A DNA stretch of 64,000 nucleotides from Bacteroidota bacterium (GTDB lineage: Bacteria > Bacteroidota > Bacteroidia > AKYH767-A > OLB10): NCBI GenBank assembly GCA_024643795.1, contig JAHEMF010000006.1:22112-86111 (forward strand), given 5' to 3'. The position numbers and the translations under genes are program-made. The notes beneath the pieces are model-generated. The model made no database searches. It saw only the letters and a program-made list of their open reading frames with translations, and was not told the origin of the DNA. Shown in pieces: positions 60,781-64,000 of this stretch (position 1 is its first letter; each line of letters opens with the position of its first letter).

Positions 60781-63183
60781 ATGAAATCAAATCGTGCAAA
60801 AGTACTGACATACCTTTCGCTTCTCTTTATCACTCATATTTTTGGAACTGCTCTGGCTCAAATACCTGCCGGCACGAATGAATCAAATGGAGAATTAGTC
60901 GTTAAGGCACCCTTGCTGTATGATATCTCACATTATAATATAAATATTGACTCTATCAATTTTAGTGCATTTACTATTAAAGCCAACACTAAAGCACGTA
61001 TAGTTGCAAAACAGGCAATTGTTTCTCAAGTAACTTTTGATTTACTAAAATTCACTGTTGATTCAATATTAAGTGGTGGATCAATATGTGCTTACACCTA
61101 TAACGATACATTGTTGACTGTTACCCTTCCAACACCATTGCCAGCAAATGACAGTATTGATGTGGAAGTGTTTTACAATGGTAGTCCTTCTGTTGATGGT
61201 AGCGGATGGGGCGGATTTTATTTTTCAGGATCATTTGCATTTAATCTGGGGGTAGGCTTTGCTGCTAATCCACATAACTATGGTAGAGCATGGTATCCAT
61301 GCTCAGATACGTTTGACTCTAAAAGCCGGTACGATTTTTTCATCACTACTTCTTCGTCTGCAAAAGCTTTTTGCAACGGTTTTCTGGTGCAGCAAATCGC
61401 AAATCCAAATGGTACTATAACCTGGCACTGGAAAATGAATGATCCTATACCAAGCTATCTGGTAAGCATGGCTGTAGGGCCTTATCATACTGTTACCAAC
61501 ACATTGTCCGGAATACCTGTAGAGATCGCATGTCTTGCATCTGATACCAACAATGTGAACGCTACATTTAGCAATCTTGACACAACCCTTACTAAGTTTA
61601 TTGATTCATATGGACCGTACCCATTTGATAAGGTAGGGTATTGCCTTGTTCCATTCAATTCAGGAGCCATGGAACATGCCGCAAGTATTCATATAGGCAG
61701 AGTGTTTGTGAATGGATCGCAATCATATGCTACTTTATGGGCTCATGAACTTTCGCATATGTGGTGGGGTGATAAGGTAACTTGTAAAACAGCTGAAGAT
61801 ATGTGGCTGAATGAGGGCTTTGCGTCATTCAATGAGGCTCTCTATACTCAAAATATATCCGGAGATGTTGCTTACACGAATTGGATCCGGTCCAATCATC
61901 GAAAAGTTTTACAGTTTGCACATACACCGGCAGGTGACGGATCTTATCTCACTTTAAACAATATTCCACACGATTACACATATGGTCAGCATGTTTATAA
62001 TAAAGGTGCCAGCATTGCTCACTCACTTCGTGGAATGCTTGGAGATTCGGCATTCTTCGCTGGTTGTAAGATTTATATGGACAACCATGCCTATGGAAAT
62101 GCAGATAGTTATGATCTGAAAAACGATTTTAATTCCATGCCTACAGTTGATGTTACCAGATTTTTTGATGATTGGGTATTTACTCCCGGATTCCCTCATT
62201 TTTCAGTTGATTCTGTGGCAATTTACATTGGTGCCTTCGATCATGTATATGTGCATACCAGACAAAGAAATGTTGGTAATTCCAACCATCTATATAAGAT
62301 GCCTGTTGAAATTAATCTCACCGATGGAAATAACGACACAACTTTCACGGTGTTGATCGATTCGGTTACAAATGTATTTCACTTCCCGTTGTTGTTCACA
62401 CCAACAATGGTGACCATTGACCGTGATCTGAAAATTACCGATGCTGTGGTTGATTATGAAAAAAATATCAACAGCACTGGCAATAACATCATGTATGAAA
62501 CCAATGTATCTTTAAATGTTCAGGATCCTGGTATTAACGGATCTACGATTAGAGTAGAACATAATTATGTAGAACCTGACGGATTCAAACAATCAAATCC
62601 AGGAATAAGGTTATCAGATTATCATTACTGGACTGTGAAAGGGTTGCTTTCATCAGGTTTTGAGTCTTCTGCCAACTTTACTTATGATGGATCCAACAGT
62701 TCAGTATCCGGTTTTCTGGATAATACCCTTATAACCGGAGTGGAAGATAGTATTGTAATGATGTACAGGGAGGGGTCATGGGATGACTGGAGTCCTGTGA
62801 ACGGTTTCACACTCAATAAAGGAGCCAATTCAATGGATAAACGTGGTAGTGTTATTGTTGACTCCCTTAAAGCAGGTGAATATTGTTTAGGCTATTTTGA
62901 TCATCTGGTTGGGTTGTCTGCAGAGCTAGAATTGAAAAAAATAAAGATTTTTCCTAATCCTGCAAATGAAAAACTGACAGTAGAAATAAACTCTGAGAAC
63001 AAATCTGACCTAAACATTCAGATAACAGATACACGGGGATCTGTTATACTCTATCAAAGAATTTCAAAAAATAGCAGGGAATTTATTTGGGATTCTTCAG
63101 ATGTACAAAGCGGGATGTATCATGTTATTCTTGTTAATAACCAAGAAGCAATAGGTTATGCAAAAGTTATCATTCAAAAATAG
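60781..63183 (+). CDS. M1-family aminopeptidase with T9SS type A C-terminal sorting domain
   Basis: GAMEH, HELSH-x18-E (WLNEG), YNKG; C-terminal IFPNPAN...GMYHV...KVIIQK. Confidence 0.92.
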   Translation: MKSNRAKVLTYLSLLFITHIFGTALAQIPAGTNESNGELVVKAPLLYDISHYNINIDSINFSAFTIKANTKARIVAKQAIVSQVTFDLLKFTVDSILSGGSICAYTYNDTLLTVTLPTPLPANDSIDVEVFYNGSPSVDGSGWGGFYFSGSFAFNLGVGFAANPHNYGRAWYPCSDTFDSKSRYDFFITTSSSAKAFCNGFLVQQIANPNGTITWHWKMNDPIPSYLVSMAVGPYHTVTNTLSGIPVEIACLASDTNNVNATFSNLDTTLTKFIDSYGPYPFDKVGYCLVPFNSGAMEHAASIHIGRVFVNGSQSYATLWAHELSHMWWGDKVTCKTAEDMWLNEGFASFNEALYTQNISGDVAYTNWIRSNHRKVLQFAHTPAGDGSYLTLNNIPHDYTYGQHVYNKGASIAHSLRGMLGDSAFFAGCKIYMDNHAYGNADSYDLKNDFNSMPTVDVTRFFDDWVFTPGFPHFSVDSVAIYIGAFDHVYVHTRQRNVGNSNHLYKMPVEINLTDGNNDTTFTVLIDSVTNVFHFPLLFTPTMVTIDRDLKITDAVVDYEKNINSTGNNIMYETNVSLNVQDPGINGSTIRVEHNYVEPDGFKQSNPGIRLSDYHYWTVKGLLSSGFESSANFTYDGSNSSVSGFLDNTLITGVEDSIVMMYREGSWDDWSPVNGFTLNKGANSMDKRGSVIVDSLKAGEYCLGYFDHLVGLSAELELKKIKIFPNPANEKLTVEINSENKSDLNIQITDTRGSVILYQRISKNSREFIWDSSDVQSGMYHVILVNNQEAIGYAKVIIQK

Positions 63184-63192
63184 CAGCAATTA

Positions 63193-63999
63193 TCAGGCAT
63201 TTATTTTTTCCTGCTGAGCTTCTTTAGAAAAAGTTCTTAGTTTTAGATCGTAACCATTTCCTTTGGTCATGATATGAACTTTCAGGTTCTCAATGCTGAT
63301 AGGTGATCCTTCCGGCAGATCACTTACATTTGAATGTTGTATATCATAACCATCAACTATGGTAACAATTCTTGACCCGATCACTTCCATGTATCGCCCT
63401 TCTGATATAAGAACACCTGTATCTTCTCCAAGACCGATCCCAATACAACCCGGGTTGCAAGCTATAGCCTGAGCCACCCTGCCAAACCGACCTCTTTTAT
63501 TGAAATGAGAATCTATAATAACATCTTTAATGAATGCAAGGCCGGTTGTAAGTTTTACTTCTCCTTTTAGCAAGGCACCGGCACTACTGCCTTGATAAAT
63601 CATTGTGTTTGACATTGCCATAGCCCCGGCACTTGTACCTGCAATTAAAAAATTCTCGTTCATATACCTGTCCTGCAGGATGTCAAGAAGCTCGGTGCCT
63701 CCAAAAATTGAACTTAGTCTGAGCTGGTTTCCTCCCGTGAACATTACTCCATCACATTCTCTCAGTCGTTTTGCAAATTCAGGATTTTTTGTTTCCTCAC
63801 GGTTTCCAATATGCATGGCTGTTACATGTGTGTTGCCAAGCTTTCCAAACGCTTGAATATATGCATCTCCCACTTCTTCCGGGATCCTGCTGGCGCTGGT
63901 AATGACTTCAACTCGGGAATCCTTATGACCTTTTATCTCAGAAAGTATTCTGCTAAGGATCTGTAATTCAAAAAAGTTGATATTGTTTTTTTCTTCGTA
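63193..63999 (-). CDS. cphB: Cyanophycinase (peptidase S51); 5'-truncated by window edge
   Basis: Frame is open to the window edge; FTGGNQLRL, GTSAGA, IDSHF...RGRFGR, GIGLGEDT. Confidence 0.88.
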   Translation of the reverse strand, partial: YEEKNNINFFELQILSRILSEIKGHKDSRVEVITSASRIPEEVGDAYIQAFGKLGNTHVTAMHIGNREETKNPEFAKRLRECDGVMFTGGNQLRLSSIFGGTELLDILQDRYMNENFLIAGTSAGAMAMSNTMIYQGSSAGALLKGEVKLTTGLAFIKDVIIDSHFNKRGRFGRVAQAIACNPGCIGIGLGEDTGVLISEGRYMEVIGSRIVTIVDGYDIQHSNVSDLPEGSPISIENLKVHIMTKGNGYDLKLRTFSKEAQQEKINA

Positions 64000-64000
64000 A

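Overview
Chromosomal window from a Bacteroidota bacterium. The assignment rests on TAnnTTTG -7 promoters, generally SD-less starts, a T9SS C-terminal domain, fused ccoNO and Bacteroidota-type marker genes. The window is mostly housekeeping and densely packed, with no transposase, integrase, prophage or CRISPR array seen. In order, it holds: the 3' end of an NRPS (A-PCP-TE) with an Sfp-type PPTase; gdhA; RidA; a complete cbb3 oxidase cluster (ccoI, ccoS, ccoNO, ccoQ, ccoP, ccoG, ccoH, DsbD_2/TauE-like) interrupted by a GC-rich structured element and short tandem repeats; a UbiD-family menaquinone decarboxylase; citrate synthase; enolase; a Cys-rich leader/TonB receptor/HMA metal operon; lipoprotein plus beta-barrel pairs; acs; proS; tRNA-Glu; rpsT; radC; upp; rpsF-rpsR-rplI; efp; typA; lpxD; wzx-wzz-ligase; rnhB; a GH73-LysM hydrolase; hutU; psd; a T9SS M1 peptidase; and a truncated cyanophycinase. 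The best leads are: (1) a probable metal-responsive leader-peptide attenuator, where nested hairpins cover the stop codon of the Cys-rich ORF and the start region of the TonB receptor; (2) an NRPS thioesterase whose Ser-Asp-His triad reads Cys-Asn-Asn; (3) a structured RNA-like element inside the cco cluster next to tandem FNR-like boxes; (4) an EF-P with Asn at the loop tip; (5) a GDH with an antenna-like insert. All family names come from motif recognition by eye, not from database searches.
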